From positions 1 through 57,950 of the IMG/VR virus record IMGVR_UViG_3300029787_000042: DNA of 57,950 nucleotides, one strand, 5' to 3'. The position numbers and the translations under genes were made by a program. Of the stretch, positions 29,814-39,689 are shown one piece after another; the stretch's first letter is position 1, and the number at the start of each line of letters is the position of its first letter. The notes below the pieces were generated by a model. That model did not search any database. It worked only from the letters and a program-made list of their open reading frames with translations, and had not been told where the DNA came from. Source of the DNA: a virus (taxonomy: Duplodnaviria > Caudoviricetes).

Positions 29814-30484
29814 TAGTTCCTCCCGTTATATACACACTCAGTCACCACACAGTGACGTTTACACAGGCCACTTTGGTTTGCATTCCATACATTCTTTTCT
29901 TGCGCTTTCTCCATACGACTATAATCGGTTAGCCACTTAGTCCACAGGCTCGATGCAACTGTATGTTCATACTCTTCTTTAACTAACTCATCACACACTA
30001 CAAATACTAAGCCACCACGCACTGTCTCTATATTAGGAAAATGTTTAAACAATGCCATAGCCATTAATTCTAACTGACCTTTATCTGCATACCTAGTGCT
30101 CTTACTTGTTTTATAATCTATAGCCCATGCTACCTTATCTTCTTCGTTTAATATAACTAAATCTGCTATGCCTCTCCACCATACATTATCATCAAAGAAT
30201 CCGCATGGTTCTAAATTTTCTGTAAGCCCCATCTTTAACTCACATAGCTTATCACCTTTTTTGGCGGCAAGAGAATCAAGCACTGCTTTACCATACATAA
30301 ACTTCTTAGGGAGTGGTATACCATCACGTATGTATTCTTCGGCGGCTAAATGAAAAGCTGTGCCGTAATACATAGCCTCAGTCTCAGGCTCCTTGTAATC
30401 TTTTAATATTTTAAGGTGATAAAACTTTTTAGGGCATTGCTCAAAAGATTTTATTTTAGAGAATGACCAAGGTTTTATACTCAC
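29813..30484 (-). CDS. PD-(D/E)XK exonuclease, Cas4/RecB-like
   Basis: SFSKIKSFEQCP, GTAFH, GIADL, IDYKT, QL..A and a C-terminal Cys cluster. Confidence 0.88.
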   Translation of the reverse strand: MSIKPWSFSKIKSFEQCPKKFYHLKILKDYKEPETEAMYYGTAFHLAAEEYIRDGIPLPKKFMYGKAVLDSLAAKKGDKLCELKMGLTENLEPCGFFDDNVWWRGIADLVILNEEDKVAWAIDYKTSKSTRYADKGQLELMAMALFKHFPNIETVRGGLVFVVCDELVKEEYEHTVASSLWTKWLTDYSRMEKAQEKNVWNANQSGLCKRHCVVTECVYNGRN

Positions 30485-30759
30485 TCCTTACTCTCCTCCG
30501 TAAGCCTTAATACTTCTTTAGTGGCGCTAAGTATGTTAGGCAATACTTGCCTTAAATTCTCATAAGGTATTACAATTTCTTGTGTATCAATCTCTTTGCC
30601 ATCTAAAAATCTAGACTGTTCAAAGACTAAAGCATAATCACAATCGCTACTTTGAGCTATAAATATTTTAGTAGACACACCATCTTTATCAAAATCATCA
30701 ATATCATCTTGTATATAAGGAGTTCTATCTATGTTAATAACTTTACCCATCAGGTTCAC
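30481..30759 (-). CDS. Hypothetical protein
   Basis: 92-aa ORF overlapping both neighbours; GGAG upstream. Confidence 0.6.
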   Translation of the reverse strand: MNLMGKVINIDRTPYIQDDIDDFDKDGVSTKIFIAQSSDCDYALVFEQSRFLDGKEIDTQEIVIPYENLRQVLPNILSATKEVLRLTEESKE

Positions 30760-32587
30760 AATCTCCGTAGGCTTTAGCTACACCAGACTCGCAATCTAAA
30801 GGTAGCCCTTCTGCCCAAGTAGGGGTTTTTCGCATACACGCTTCAATATATATTTGCGCTTCCTTTGCTTCTTCTATTGGCACACAACACGCTATCGAAT
30901 CGTGTACTGTTAAGACAGGACGGTACTTCTTAGCAATAGCTAACATCTGTTCAGCAATCACACATCGGGCTATGCCTTGACATACATTCTCTACTACCTT
31001 GCCACCGTATATCCTAGTTCGGCCTCGTCTTGTTTTATAAGTAAACTCTACGCCCTTTTCATTTTGTTGCCACCGTAAGTCACCATACTTCATAATGAGT
31101 CCAGAGGGTAATCTTATCCCACCATACTGATTCGTGACAACAGGCTTTATTATATCATTAGTTCCAAAATTCTGTGTCCGAGCACGAACCAACTCCAGTA
31201 GCATGTTCTGACAGTTACGCCATAACACGTTTATCTTCCAATTAGTCTTGCGGTATATTTTTATTACCCTACGAGCCTCGGCAATGTCCATGTGAACTCC
31301 CATACCTTTTAACTGCTCAGTAAATCTCACTGCGCCCATACCATATCCTGCGCCAAGTATGGTGGTCTTACCAACAAATCTTTGTTCTTTTGTTACCTCG
31401 TCCTCAGGTACGCCATAGATAATAGATGCCATTTTTATATATACATCTTCTTTGTTTGCAAACGCCGCTACTAAATCGTCTTGCCCTGCTAACCATGCAA
31501 GCACACGAGCCTCGATCTGAGATGAATCGCAATCTATTATTGTATAGCCTTCTGGAGCAACTATACTCTTCTTTAACTTCTTACCATGTGGTCCTCTACT
31601 AGGTAAGTTCTGTAAGTTAATCTTATCATCTCCACCCCATCTACCAGTGTGTGCGGCGTAATACCTTACAGGTACAGGTAGTAGTCCTCGCTTACATATA
31701 TCTATAAACCTTTGTGTACGAGTTTCTTCCAACGTACTTTTATTACCTAACCGTGCATTTGCTAACGCTTGAACCTTATAATTAGGATGATCAAGTAATT
31801 GTTTAAACCCATCATCTGACTTGGCAAAGGCGAATGTACTCTTACCTGTAGTAGGGCTTATCTTCATAGGAGGTGCTACATCCAAGCCTTCTAGCAACTC
31901 AGCAAACTTAGGATTGCTCATCAGTTCTGACTTATCTACACCACAAGAAGTTATCAGGTCATCCTTAACTGCCTTAATACTTTCAAGATGTTGTTCTAAC
32001 AACCCTAAGTCTAGGTCTAGCATAGGTTCAATAAACATACGCAACGTAGTATCAATAACTCTAAGTTCTTGTCTAGGGAAGTTCTTACCCATGATCTTAA
32101 ACAGTTTGTAGGTCAGCTCTACATCATTAACGCAATAATCGCCGTACTTGTCTAAGGCTTCTTCTGAAAAGGAGTCACGTCTTTTTCCGATAGCGTCGAG
32201 TACCTCTGTTCCCTTAAGTCCAATGTCATACCTTTGAGATAACGCATGGAGACTGCCCCCAACTTCGACCCCATGTAAAGCACGGGCAATGCAAAGAGTA
32301 TCGGTATAGCGGCGAGGATGAACATCGAAACGCCAATTAAGAATGGCACCATCAAACATAGTGTTGTGAGCGAGTAAGACACTATCCGCCCAATTAAAAG
32401 TGTGTAAGTACCGCTTAAGTTCTTCATGTGATCCACTGGCCCACTCCGTATTTTCGTTGTTTACTTTTACTCCTACACCCACCACCTCAAATCTAGGGTC
32501 GCGTATGTAAGATTCGGTTGTCATTTTTCGTAATGAATATTCTTTATCATAATAAGTTTCAAAATCTACTGTTATTAAATCCATCAA
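30743..32587 (-). CDS. polA: DNA polymerase family A with 3'-5' exonuclease
   Basis: ExoI DFET, AHNTMFD; motif A DSSQIEAR, motif B RFVGKTTILGAGYG, motif C TVHDSI. Confidence 0.93.
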   Translation of the reverse strand: MMDLITVDFETYYDKEYSLRKMTTESYIRDPRFEVVGVGVKVNNENTEWASGSHEELKRYLHTFNWADSVLLAHNTMFDGAILNWRFDVHPRRYTDTLCIARALHGVEVGGSLHALSQRYDIGLKGTEVLDAIGKRRDSFSEEALDKYGDYCVNDVELTYKLFKIMGKNFPRQELRVIDTTLRMFIEPMLDLDLGLLEQHLESIKAVKDDLITSCGVDKSELMSNPKFAELLEGLDVAPPMKISPTTGKSTFAFAKSDDGFKQLLDHPNYKVQALANARLGNKSTLEETRTQRFIDICKRGLLPVPVRYYAAHTGRWGGDDKINLQNLPSRGPHGKKLKKSIVAPEGYTIIDCDSSQIEARVLAWLAGQDDLVAAFANKEDVYIKMASIIYGVPEDEVTKEQRFVGKTTILGAGYGMGAVRFTEQLKGMGVHMDIAEARRVIKIYRKTNWKINVLWRNCQNMLLELVRARTQNFGTNDIIKPVVTNQYGGIRLPSGLIMKYGDLRWQQNEKGVEFTYKTRRGRTRIYGGKVVENVCQGIARCVIAEQMLAIAKKYRPVLTVHDSIACCVPIEEAKEAQIYIEACMRKTPTWAEGLPLDCESGVAKAYGDCEPDG

Positions 32588-32892
32588 CCCCCCACTTTAG
32601 TCATCAGCTTATTTAAGTACCACCTAGCCTTTTTCAAATCTTCTAACGACTTACCCTTGTGCTCATACCTCCACAAGTATTTCATACATGCCCCTTTGCA
32701 ATACCCTTTAAACGCTTCGGGTGTCATTGATGCTTCTATAGCGTCAATACACTCAATACTCCCTGCCGTATAGTGGCTAGGACTGTTTACCATATCCTTA
32801 GGACTGTGATCTATGATTGTAGTCTTTATATCTTTAGACATTCTCATATAGTCTTTATCCCAATCATCAGGGTTTGCTTCATCTATGCTCAT
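32584..32892 (-). CDS. DUF3310-like protein
   Basis: DMVNSPSHY...IECIDAI...KYLWR...EDLKKARWYL. Confidence 0.85.
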   Translation of the reverse strand: MSIDEANPDDWDKDYMRMSKDIKTTIIDHSPKDMVNSPSHYTAGSIECIDAIEASMTPEAFKGYCKGACMKYLWRYEHKGKSLEDLKKARWYLNKLMTKVGG

Positions 32893-33239
32893 TGCATATC
32901 CTCAAAGTCAAATTCTAATTGTTCCCAACCACCACTACTTGAGATTAGTTCCTTGTTTACAAGAATGTCAGGCACAGTGTGCACGTTGTCCTCGTTTATT
33001 ATGGAAGCAATGCCTCCTGCTTGTGTTATTTCTGATAAGTTCTTTAGTTGTAATGCAGTAGCTTTGTTATTTCCTGCTTTGCATTCAATACCAAAAAACA
33101 AACCATCGTAACACCCAACTATGTCAGGCACTCCGCTCTTACCATAACCACCAGTAGCAGGGAAAAAGTAGTATGCCCCCATGTTTTTTAAGTGCTTAAC
33201 TACTTTGCTTTTTACTTTCGCTTCGGGAGTCATTGCCAT
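32889..33239 (-). CDS. VRR-NUC / Holliday-junction resolvase-like nuclease
   Basis: TPEAKVK, GVPD, IECKA, Q motifs; start placed at MAMTPE after a GAGG RBS. Confidence 0.85.
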   Translation of the reverse strand: MAMTPEAKVKSKVVKHLKNMGAYYFFPATGGYGKSGVPDIVGCYDGLFFGIECKAGNNKATALQLKNLSEITQAGGIASIINEDNVHTVPDILVNKELISSSGGWEQLEFDFEDMQ

Positions 33240-33372
33240 AATAGTTACCTCTTTGTTTTTGTTCCCAAATTTTTTGCTTGTCATTTATTACGAGCACCGC
33301 GCCATGACAGATAAAACCCAAAAAACCTAAAAATACTATGCTAAATATTATATTTATTATTTCCTCTAACAT
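33196..33372 (-). CDS. Small single-TM protein
   Basis: Likely start MLEEII after GAGG; hydrophobic IIFSIVFLGFLGFI. Confidence 0.5.
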   Translation of the reverse strand: MLEEIINIIFSIVFLGFLGFICHGAVLVINDKQKIWEQKQRGNYYGNDSRSESKKQSS

Positions 33373-33389
33373 AATTAACCCTCTCTTAT

Positions 33390-33668
33390 TTATTTGTTTA
33401 TCCAAAAAACATTAGCGTCAATCCTCCTTCCTATACCACCTACCTCTTTAGTAGGAGGATTTGGGTCGCATAAAAACAACACCGCTAACCTATCTTGTAT
33501 CCAATCAGGTAATTTGTCTATAGAATCGTACACACCATTGTCTGGTGAGTCAACACAATCCATACCTAAACATGATATTTCAACGGTATTGTTGTCACTA
33601 TGTATACACACGCGATGTACAGTAACATTAGAACCATATTTATATGTAAAGCTGTCACTGTGTAACAT
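33390..33668 (-). CDS. Hypothetical protein
   Basis: Likely start MLHSDS after AAGG; C-terminus resembles that of the upstream gene product. Confidence 0.65.
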   Translation of the reverse strand: MLHSDSFTYKYGSNVTVHRVCIHSDNNTVEISCLGMDCVDSPDNGVYDSIDKLPDWIQDRLAVLFLCDPNPPTKEVGGIGRRIDANVFWINK

Positions 33669-34620
33669 AAAATATACCTTTGCTGTAACGATAACCAACA
33701 TTGTGTACATACTCACCTAGATCGGTTATAGAAAGCACAGATAATTTACCCTTAATATCTATTGGCAAAGTATCATCTGTATAAGTAGTAAGATCTCCAT
33801 CTAGGTTATTGGCATTTGAATCCCACGGACTAGCATTAAGATCTCTGGTAGGTGTTACATCAAATAATTGCTTCCCCCTGCGCTCATGGATACATACACA
33901 GTAAAAAGTTACAGGGTTTTTATGGTGCTCCATGTACGGTTCGTAGACGTTACGCATAGTGCTTAGTTGGTTAGAAAACTCTTCCGATAAAAACTGATAT
34001 TCAGAATCAGCTAAATGAAACAACTCAGTAAATAATTGAGGTAGGTTTTTATAGTGCCCAACACTTTCCGTAAACGGTTTCGTTGCTTCGTGTAAAGCAC
34101 GTCTGAGAGTATCCTCATGGCTTTTAACACCCTCCGTCACTCCCTCCTTACTGAAGTCTATTATCTCTTTGGCATTGAATGGTGACAAATATCGCTTGGC
34201 ATTACGCACCGCTATGTCTAGCTTACTTGTCATAGCTATATAATGTTGTTCTCTGAGATAATCATACTTGTTGTTTCGTATTTTGCGTGAATAAACGCAA
34301 TACATATTTTTGCCATCACCATCTACTTTGTAATCTCCATAGGCTATCCAACCCCAACACCATTCATCTGTGTCTGTATACACATATATCCTATCGGGAC
34401 GTAGGTTATTCTTTGCGTAGGTCACACCATCTCGTGGATTAAAAACCTTCCCTGCAAACTTGATATAAGGAAATGCTTTACGTACCTCTTTCATAAACAT
34501 AATAACGTATTGGTTGTTACCGTCTTGGCTTAGTTCATCCTCAGTAAACTCACGTATACCCCTACCATCAACCATATCACCTATCTCACTCACCCTTACT
34601 TGTTTTCTCTGATTCATCAC
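33655..34620 (-). CDS. Hypothetical early protein
   Basis: 321-aa ORF with GGAG RBS. Confidence 0.75.
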   Translation of the reverse strand: MMNQRKQVRVSEIGDMVDGRGIREFTEDELSQDGNNQYVIMFMKEVRKAFPYIKFAGKVFNPRDGVTYAKNNLRPDRIYVYTDTDEWCWGWIAYGDYKVDGDGKNMYCVYSRKIRNNKYDYLREQHYIAMTSKLDIAVRNAKRYLSPFNAKEIIDFSKEGVTEGVKSHEDTLRRALHEATKPFTESVGHYKNLPQLFTELFHLADSEYQFLSEEFSNQLSTMRNVYEPYMEHHKNPVTFYCVCIHERRGKQLFDVTPTRDLNASPWDSNANNLDGDLTTYTDDTLPIDIKGKLSVLSITDLGEYVHNVGYRYSKGIFYVTQ

Positions 34621-34627
34621 TACTCTC

Positions 34628-35551
34628 CTAGTAATCTGTTGTTATAGTAGTAAACCCACCATGCTTATTGACTAACGTATTTACCTTTCTCCTAAAAGCC
34701 TTCGCATCATCGCTTAACTTATGCTCCACCCAAGTATGTGTTTCGTAATCATAAGTTCGTTGACCGTTATCTTGAAGTTGCGCTATACACTCAATGGCTA
34801 AATCAACATACAGAGGGTCATCGGGGGTGTGCAATAACTTCAAAAAGTTTGTTTGAGCAGCTTTTTGAGTCTTTAAGTCTTGCCAATATGAATGGTGTGG
34901 CGCACTTATACCCAAAATCACACACTTATCCCTGCGCTCTTGCCAATTAGTCGGGGTGTTATCCTCTAACAAAGGCAACATATTCCACATCCACTCACAA
35001 AAGTTATTAATAGCTTCTTTGTGTGCTTTTTTGGCTTCTTTATCCACTCTTGGTCGCGGTATGGTATGTTCATCGCCCACCCAAATCCAATCATGTAAAG
35101 GGCTAGGTCTAGTTATCTGTATACCACGTTCATCCTTCAAGTCTGTGCGTTTAGGTAAATATCTTTCTACCCATTCAAAGGGTTTTACATCTCTGTTCGG
35201 TATTTCAATAAACTGCTTGCCTGATTTACCTACAAAGCCTACATTTTGCGGTAAAAACCTATCTAAGAATGAATATATGGATGTGTGCGCCCACTGACCT
35301 ACACCATTTTTAATAGTCACAACTTCATAACCTGAGACCAGTTCCCATGTGATACAGTCCTCACATCTGTCACCCCAATCGGTTATGTTTAAAGAATAGC
35401 AAGTATCTGATAACTTACTAATGCGCTCGAAAGTTCTAGCGCGGTCTGCCATAGGTCGCACATCTTCTTTCCTACCACGTATAGGTTTTATGCTTTCCCA
35501 ATGCGCTTCTACATGTTTAAAACTTTTTAACTTAACATCATACATAGCCAT
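34628..35551 (-). CDS. Hypothetical early protein
   Basis: 307-aa ORF; IKPIRGR..DVRP..DR N-terminus. Confidence 0.75.
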   Translation of the reverse strand: MAMYDVKLKSFKHVEAHWESIKPIRGRKEDVRPMADRARTFERISKLSDTCYSLNITDWGDRCEDCITWELVSGYEVVTIKNGVGQWAHTSIYSFLDRFLPQNVGFVGKSGKQFIEIPNRDVKPFEWVERYLPKRTDLKDERGIQITRPSPLHDWIWVGDEHTIPRPRVDKEAKKAHKEAINNFCEWMWNMLPLLEDNTPTNWQERRDKCVILGISAPHHSYWQDLKTQKAAQTNFLKLLHTPDDPLYVDLAIECIAQLQDNGQRTYDYETHTWVEHKLSDDAKAFRRKVNTLVNKHGGFTTITTDY

Positions 35552-35563
35552 ATCTTTATCTCC

Positions 35564-35770
35564 TTATCCTTGTAATATTCTTGCCCACGCTTGCGCTAGG
35601 CGTTCTCTGTCATCGTCTATCCAAGCAAATTGCTTTCGAGCTTCTGCACTAGCATGTGAGGCTCCAGAGTTCATACTGTCTAGTTTGTACTTCACAGCTT
35701 TCTCCACTTCCTCTACTGCTGTATCCCACTCCATTCGGCGTTTCAAAAAACTATCAAAGTCATCCATCAC
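35564..35770 (-). CDS. Hypothetical small protein
   Basis: GGAGG RBS; overlaps the upstream stop. Confidence 0.65.
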   Translation of the reverse strand: MMDDFDSFLKRRMEWDTAVEEVEKAVKYKLDSMNSGASHASAEARKQFAWIDDDRERLAQAWARILQG

Positions 35771-36987
35771 ATATCCTCCAGTCTTATGTGTACTGCTTTA
35801 CCTGTGCTTGGCACAGCTTCCTTGTGATCTAAGATTGCCCACAATACTGGACATTCCCAATCACCCCAACTACCAAACAAGTAACCGTCTGTCAATACAA
35901 TGGTCGCTTGTGGTTTGATGTTGTTCTCTTTCATGTATTCGGTAACACATACAACGTCCGTGCCACCACCTCCACGCGGCTTGGTAGACTGCATTAGCTG
36001 ATCTAGTTCGTGCATACCGTACACTTCATCGCGTACTACCGTACAACCCCAATACAGTATGCGCACCTTGTCGGGTCTTACCGTGTCACATATACATTTG
36101 ACCTCAGTAAGCATGGCTGTCAGAGCGCGTTGCTCCACCGAACCTGATGTATCAATAGCTAGTACCAACTCATTGACCTTTTCACTAACACCACTTGGCA
36201 TGTAGATACCCTGACTCATTAGCCTACGGTTAGGTCGAGAGTATGTAGAGTAGTCATTACCCACACACGTAGCATAAATAAACTCACGCAACACCTCACG
36301 CCAATCGACTTGAGGCTGTAACAGTTCATCGAGTGACCTTGCTTGATTTGCGCCCATCTTACCTGCTGACATAGCACCCTGACGTATAGCCTCGTCAATA
36401 TCTCTAGCTAGATCACGCTGTTCATCAGCGGATAGTTCTTGCGCACCTTCAAAATCGTGCTCATCAAAACCACCATTGGTATCTAAAACACCGCTGTCGG
36501 TGTCACCTCCTGACTCGTTATCCTGTTTCTTCTTGCGTAGTATCTTGAACACTTGAGCTGTATCCATACCTCGGTACTGCTCATCGACTAGCCCACCTTC
36601 GGGTAGTTCGGCAAACCGTACACCCCTTTCATCGGGTGGGTTCTCGTCTAAGATTTCAAGGTTGATAACATAGTCCATAGCCATGTTTGCAAGTTGAGCG
36701 TCAATCTCCCATAAGTGTTTCCACGTATGAAGATGTCGATACATCTTGTGTTTGTTCTCGTGAAGAGCCAAACCACGTAACTTAGCATCATTGATACCCT
36801 TGACAAACTCACGTCCATACTTCTCATCACGTCCATTGGTACATGCGGTAGGTATACTCTCATCAATAACCTTGTCACCGATCATCAGCACCCCTGCTAA
36901 CGCTGTGTACTTTTGTTCGCTGATAATAGCGACTATAGCTTTCTCTAGCCGTTGCTCCTCAGTCAACACTCCATTAAGTGTAAGCAT
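35767..36987 (-). CDS. Metallopeptidase-like plus VWA-domain protein (DUF2201-like)
   Basis: PTACTNG, HENKH (HExxH), N.AMD..IN; MIDAS DTSGS, GGGGTD, LTDG. Confidence 0.88.
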   Translation of the reverse strand: MLTLNGVLTEEQRLEKAIVAIISEQKYTALAGVLMIGDKVIDESIPTACTNGRDEKYGREFVKGINDAKLRGLALHENKHKMYRHLHTWKHLWEIDAQLANMAMDYVINLEILDENPPDERGVRFAELPEGGLVDEQYRGMDTAQVFKILRKKKQDNESGGDTDSGVLDTNGGFDEHDFEGAQELSADEQRDLARDIDEAIRQGAMSAGKMGANQARSLDELLQPQVDWREVLREFIYATCVGNDYSTYSRPNRRLMSQGIYMPSGVSEKVNELVLAIDTSGSVEQRALTAMLTEVKCICDTVRPDKVRILYWGCTVVRDEVYGMHELDQLMQSTKPRGGGGTDVVCVTEYMKENNIKPQATIVLTDGYLFGSWGDWECPVLWAILDHKEAVPSTGKAVHIRLEDM

Positions 36988-36998
36988 TGTTACTCTCC

Positions 36999-38081
36999 TT
37001 ACTTGTCAGCAGAAAACATGTAATTGTTTTGCATAGCCCATTCGGTGAATAGTTTGTTACTCATCACCAGTGACCGATGCGCGTAGGTATTAGCACGTAC
37101 ACCGTTGGCAAACATACCTTGCGCTTCCTTACTTAGTCGGGGTAGGTATTGCATGAATGGTGTGATCGTATCTTTAGCCATGTTACCTAGCGCACGATAC
37201 ACCACCATACATACTGCCGAGGCAGAGTCAGGTACTTTGGCGTTGGTTGGATCTTGCTTGATAGATTCCCATGATGGTAGTTGATCAGCCAACTTGACGA
37301 ATGCCACCAAGTCCATAGCACCACGATCACCGATAGTACCCATGAGTAAAGCTGTTAGGCTGTGATCATCAAACATGTGCCTCTCCTTGAGTATGTCACT
37401 AGCGGCTTCCAATGATCTTGGCGTAACAAAAGCTGTACGCTGTGCTAGGGGGTGGTTGATGTATGGATTGTCATCGGGGTTCTTCACATCCTCAAAGCCC
37501 TGTAGTATCTGAGGGAACTCACGTACGAATCCCAATACACTAGGCTCCCATTCGTGATTGATACCATACTCAATCAACTCGTCACTGGTAGACTTACGCG
37601 CACGTAGTATGACCATGCGATTACGTGCATGAGGTGGAATAGTATCGCCAACACCCTCTCCACCGAGGTTAGCCGTAGCAAACTGTATGCTACCTTCTGG
37701 CAATTTCTTCGTGCCCACTGTGCGCTCTAGCATAGTAACAAGTGTACCGTTCTTGACTGATTGGTTAGCCTTTGACCATTCATCCCACATAATAATCAAC
37801 GGCTTGCCGTGGTGAATACCGAACTCTTCATTGGGTAAGTATGTGACGTACCCCTCGGTGGTGTTGAGTGATGGTATGCTCAAGTCACCCAGATCTTTGG
37901 TAACACAGTTGAAGTAACAGGGTACATGGTTAGGGAACTTATCCGATAACATCTTTAGTAGTGATGTCTTACCATTACCCATATGCCCTTCGACTAGCAC
38001 ACATCGCTTGTGACCTACCGCACCAATAGCTTGAGCTATCTGGGTAAGCCCCATTTCATACATTTTACTTGCTTTCATCAT
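36999..38081 (-). CDS. MoxR-like AAA+ ATPase
   Basis: Walker A GHMGNGKT, Walker B IIMWDE, ATAN, RNR, TPRS. Confidence 0.88.
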   Translation of the reverse strand: MMKASKMYEMGLTQIAQAIGAVGHKRCVLVEGHMGNGKTSLLKMLSDKFPNHVPCYFNCVTKDLGDLSIPSLNTTEGYVTYLPNEEFGIHHGKPLIIMWDEWSKANQSVKNGTLVTMLERTVGTKKLPEGSIQFATANLGGEGVGDTIPPHARNRMVILRARKSTSDELIEYGINHEWEPSVLGFVREFPQILQGFEDVKNPDDNPYINHPLAQRTAFVTPRSLEAASDILKERHMFDDHSLTALLMGTIGDRGAMDLVAFVKLADQLPSWESIKQDPTNAKVPDSASAVCMVVYRALGNMAKDTITPFMQYLPRLSKEAQGMFANGVRANTYAHRSLVMSNKLFTEWAMQNNYMFSADK

Positions 38082-38098
38082 TTACTCCTTATCGTTTT

Positions 38099-38116
38099 GT
38101 TATAACATGTTATAAC
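38099..38116. promoter_or_regulatory. GTTATAAC-AT-GTTATAAC operator-like site 1
   Basis: Perfect 18-bp palindrome just upstream of the AAA+ gene RBS; motif occurs four times in 38-41.5 kb. Confidence 0.65.
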
Positions 38117-38258
38117 TTTCTAATATGCGACCCTTGCGAGTCACGACTTGGTAATACGCTACGCGAGGGGTTCGACCCTTCGGTATCCGCATTTCTTTGT
38201 AGTGTTTGGTGCGCTTGTAGTTGCGCACACGTAACACCGCTTGACCGTAACTATTCAC
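38100..38258 (-). CDS. Possible small basic protein
   Basis: GTG start after AAGGAG fills the gap before the AAA+ gene; stop falls inside the palindrome. Confidence 0.4.
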   Translation of the reverse strand: MNSYGQAVLRVRNYKRTKHYKEMRIPKGRTPRVAYYQVVTRKGRILESYNML

Positions 38259-38269
38259 CGACTCTCTCC

Positions 38270-38512
38270 TTAGTCTTGACAATCGACACATCCCTTACGT
38301 GTCCAGTCAAAAGTACACTGTTCAGTTAGTGGCGTTTCTTCTTCACACTCCACCCACTCTGTATCCATAATATCTGGGTGGTCGAAATCATAGACAGCCT
38401 CACCCATTATGCACTCTGTATCGGCACTATCTTTTACAGTCAGCTTTACTCTCGCGTACATTATCTTAGCCATGATTAATCTCCTCATATTTTCTGAGAG
38501 CTTCTTGAACAA
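38270..38512 (-). CDS. Hypothetical small protein
   Basis: Co-oriented ORF; true start probably the internal MAKIM after GAGGAG. Confidence 0.55.
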   Translation of the reverse strand: MFKKLSENMRRLIMAKIMYARVKLTVKDSADTECIMGEAVYDFDHPDIMDTEWVECEEETPLTEQCTFDWTRKGCVDCQD

Positions 38513-38780
38513 TAATAAACATTTTTATATCCATCCACGCATTTTGGATATCATCTGTTGGCTCATCTGCAAACTCAACCTCTCTTGTTATGACATCGTC
38601 TATTATTTTAACTTGATCAGAAATAGCCATCGAACATATACTTATTACTTCATCTTTGTTTTGGGCGTATCCTTTATAGTAAGCAAACTCAACTATCTTA
38701 AGTAATGCGTCAGATAGCCCGATACCTTCTTCGTTTTCACGCATAACGTTGCATTCTAAGAGTACTTCTTCAATGTCCAT
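38466..38780 (-). CDS. Hypothetical acidic protein
   Basis: GGAG RBS, 104 aa. Confidence 0.65.
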   Translation of the reverse strand: MDIEEVLLECNVMRENEEGIGLSDALLKIVEFAYYKGYAQNKDEVISICSMAISDQVKIIDDVITREVEFADEPTDDIQNAWMDIKMFIIVQEALRKYEEINHG

Positions 38781-38782
38781 GA

Positions 38783-39679
38783 TTACATCTCCAGTGATGG
38801 TAGTGTTGCGATAACTTTGTCCACCGCACGTTTGGTTTCGGCACGGAGAAACGCATCTTCACGCAATGCGTCAGGCGTTATTCCACGTAGCGTATCCTCT
38901 AGCTTCATAGCCATCGCAGTCATCTGCCGGTCATTTGTAACATTACACACGTTAAGTAGTTCTACTATGTCGGTCACGTTGTCAACCAAAGTATCACGAA
39001 AGATCTTCTTAGTATCACCCTTGGCGTAGTCTAAACGCTCAGACATATTACTCAGCACTTTGTAAGTGCGTTGCCATACGTCATTCATAGCAGAGTGCAG
39101 TTGCCTGTTGTAATACTCATTGTAATGATCTTCGAGTACTTGCTTCTGGTCGTTGCCTACATCCACACGAAAGTCACCCGCATCTGGCAATGGTATGTAA
39201 GATATGTTGAACGCGAACTTGCGAGAGATAGATTCTGTGGTCGGGTAATCGTCACGTACAAACAGATTACCTAGTCGTGCTTGCGCCCTGCTGATCTCCC
39301 AATCATAGTTGCTGATAAATGACTGTGCCATACCCTCGAACTCGTTTTGTAGCTCAGTCATCTGTTGGTGATATTTGAAATATGACTCTGTCGGTAGTAA
39401 CCGCATACCTGTATCGCTCCACGGCATTGTGGATTTGTAGTGTGTGTTGCGCGCGTTGGCGGTGAATTTGTGTATGGCAGTCAGCTCGTCACAGTTACCT
39501 AGTAACTTCTTATTGACTGATGCCGTACCTTTCTCTGCCCAGTTTTGATCAGTCACTTCGACTGATGCTGTCTTGTCCTTCTTGCGACCTGTCCATTGGC
39601 TAACCTGTAACTCTACTAGCATGGCGCTAGACCCGATAGATGGTGCTTCGACTTTAGGTGTTACGCTTGTATTGTTCAT
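38783..39679 (-). CDS. DUF3150-like helical phage protein
   Basis: AMLVELQVSQWTGRKKD, T.PW.D.G.RLLP, LF...DYP, KIFRDTLV motifs; AAGGAG RBS. Confidence 0.7.
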   Translation of the reverse strand: MNNTSVTPKVEAPSIGSSAMLVELQVSQWTGRKKDKTASVEVTDQNWAEKGTASVNKKLLGNCDELTAIHKFTANARNTHYKSTMPWSDTGMRLLPTESYFKYHQQMTELQNEFEGMAQSFISNYDWEISRAQARLGNLFVRDDYPTTESISRKFAFNISYIPLPDAGDFRVDVGNDQKQVLEDHYNEYYNRQLHSAMNDVWQRTYKVLSNMSERLDYAKGDTKKIFRDTLVDNVTDIVELLNVCNVTNDRQMTAMAMKLEDTLRGITPDALREDAFLRAETKRAVDKVIATLPSLEM

Positions 39680-39689
39680 CTTCTTCTCC

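Noticed and set aside
29813-30484. Cas4-like gene as part of a CRISPR system
   Set aside because: Stand-alone PD-(D/E)XK exonuclease in a replication operon, common in phages; no cas1/cas2 or array
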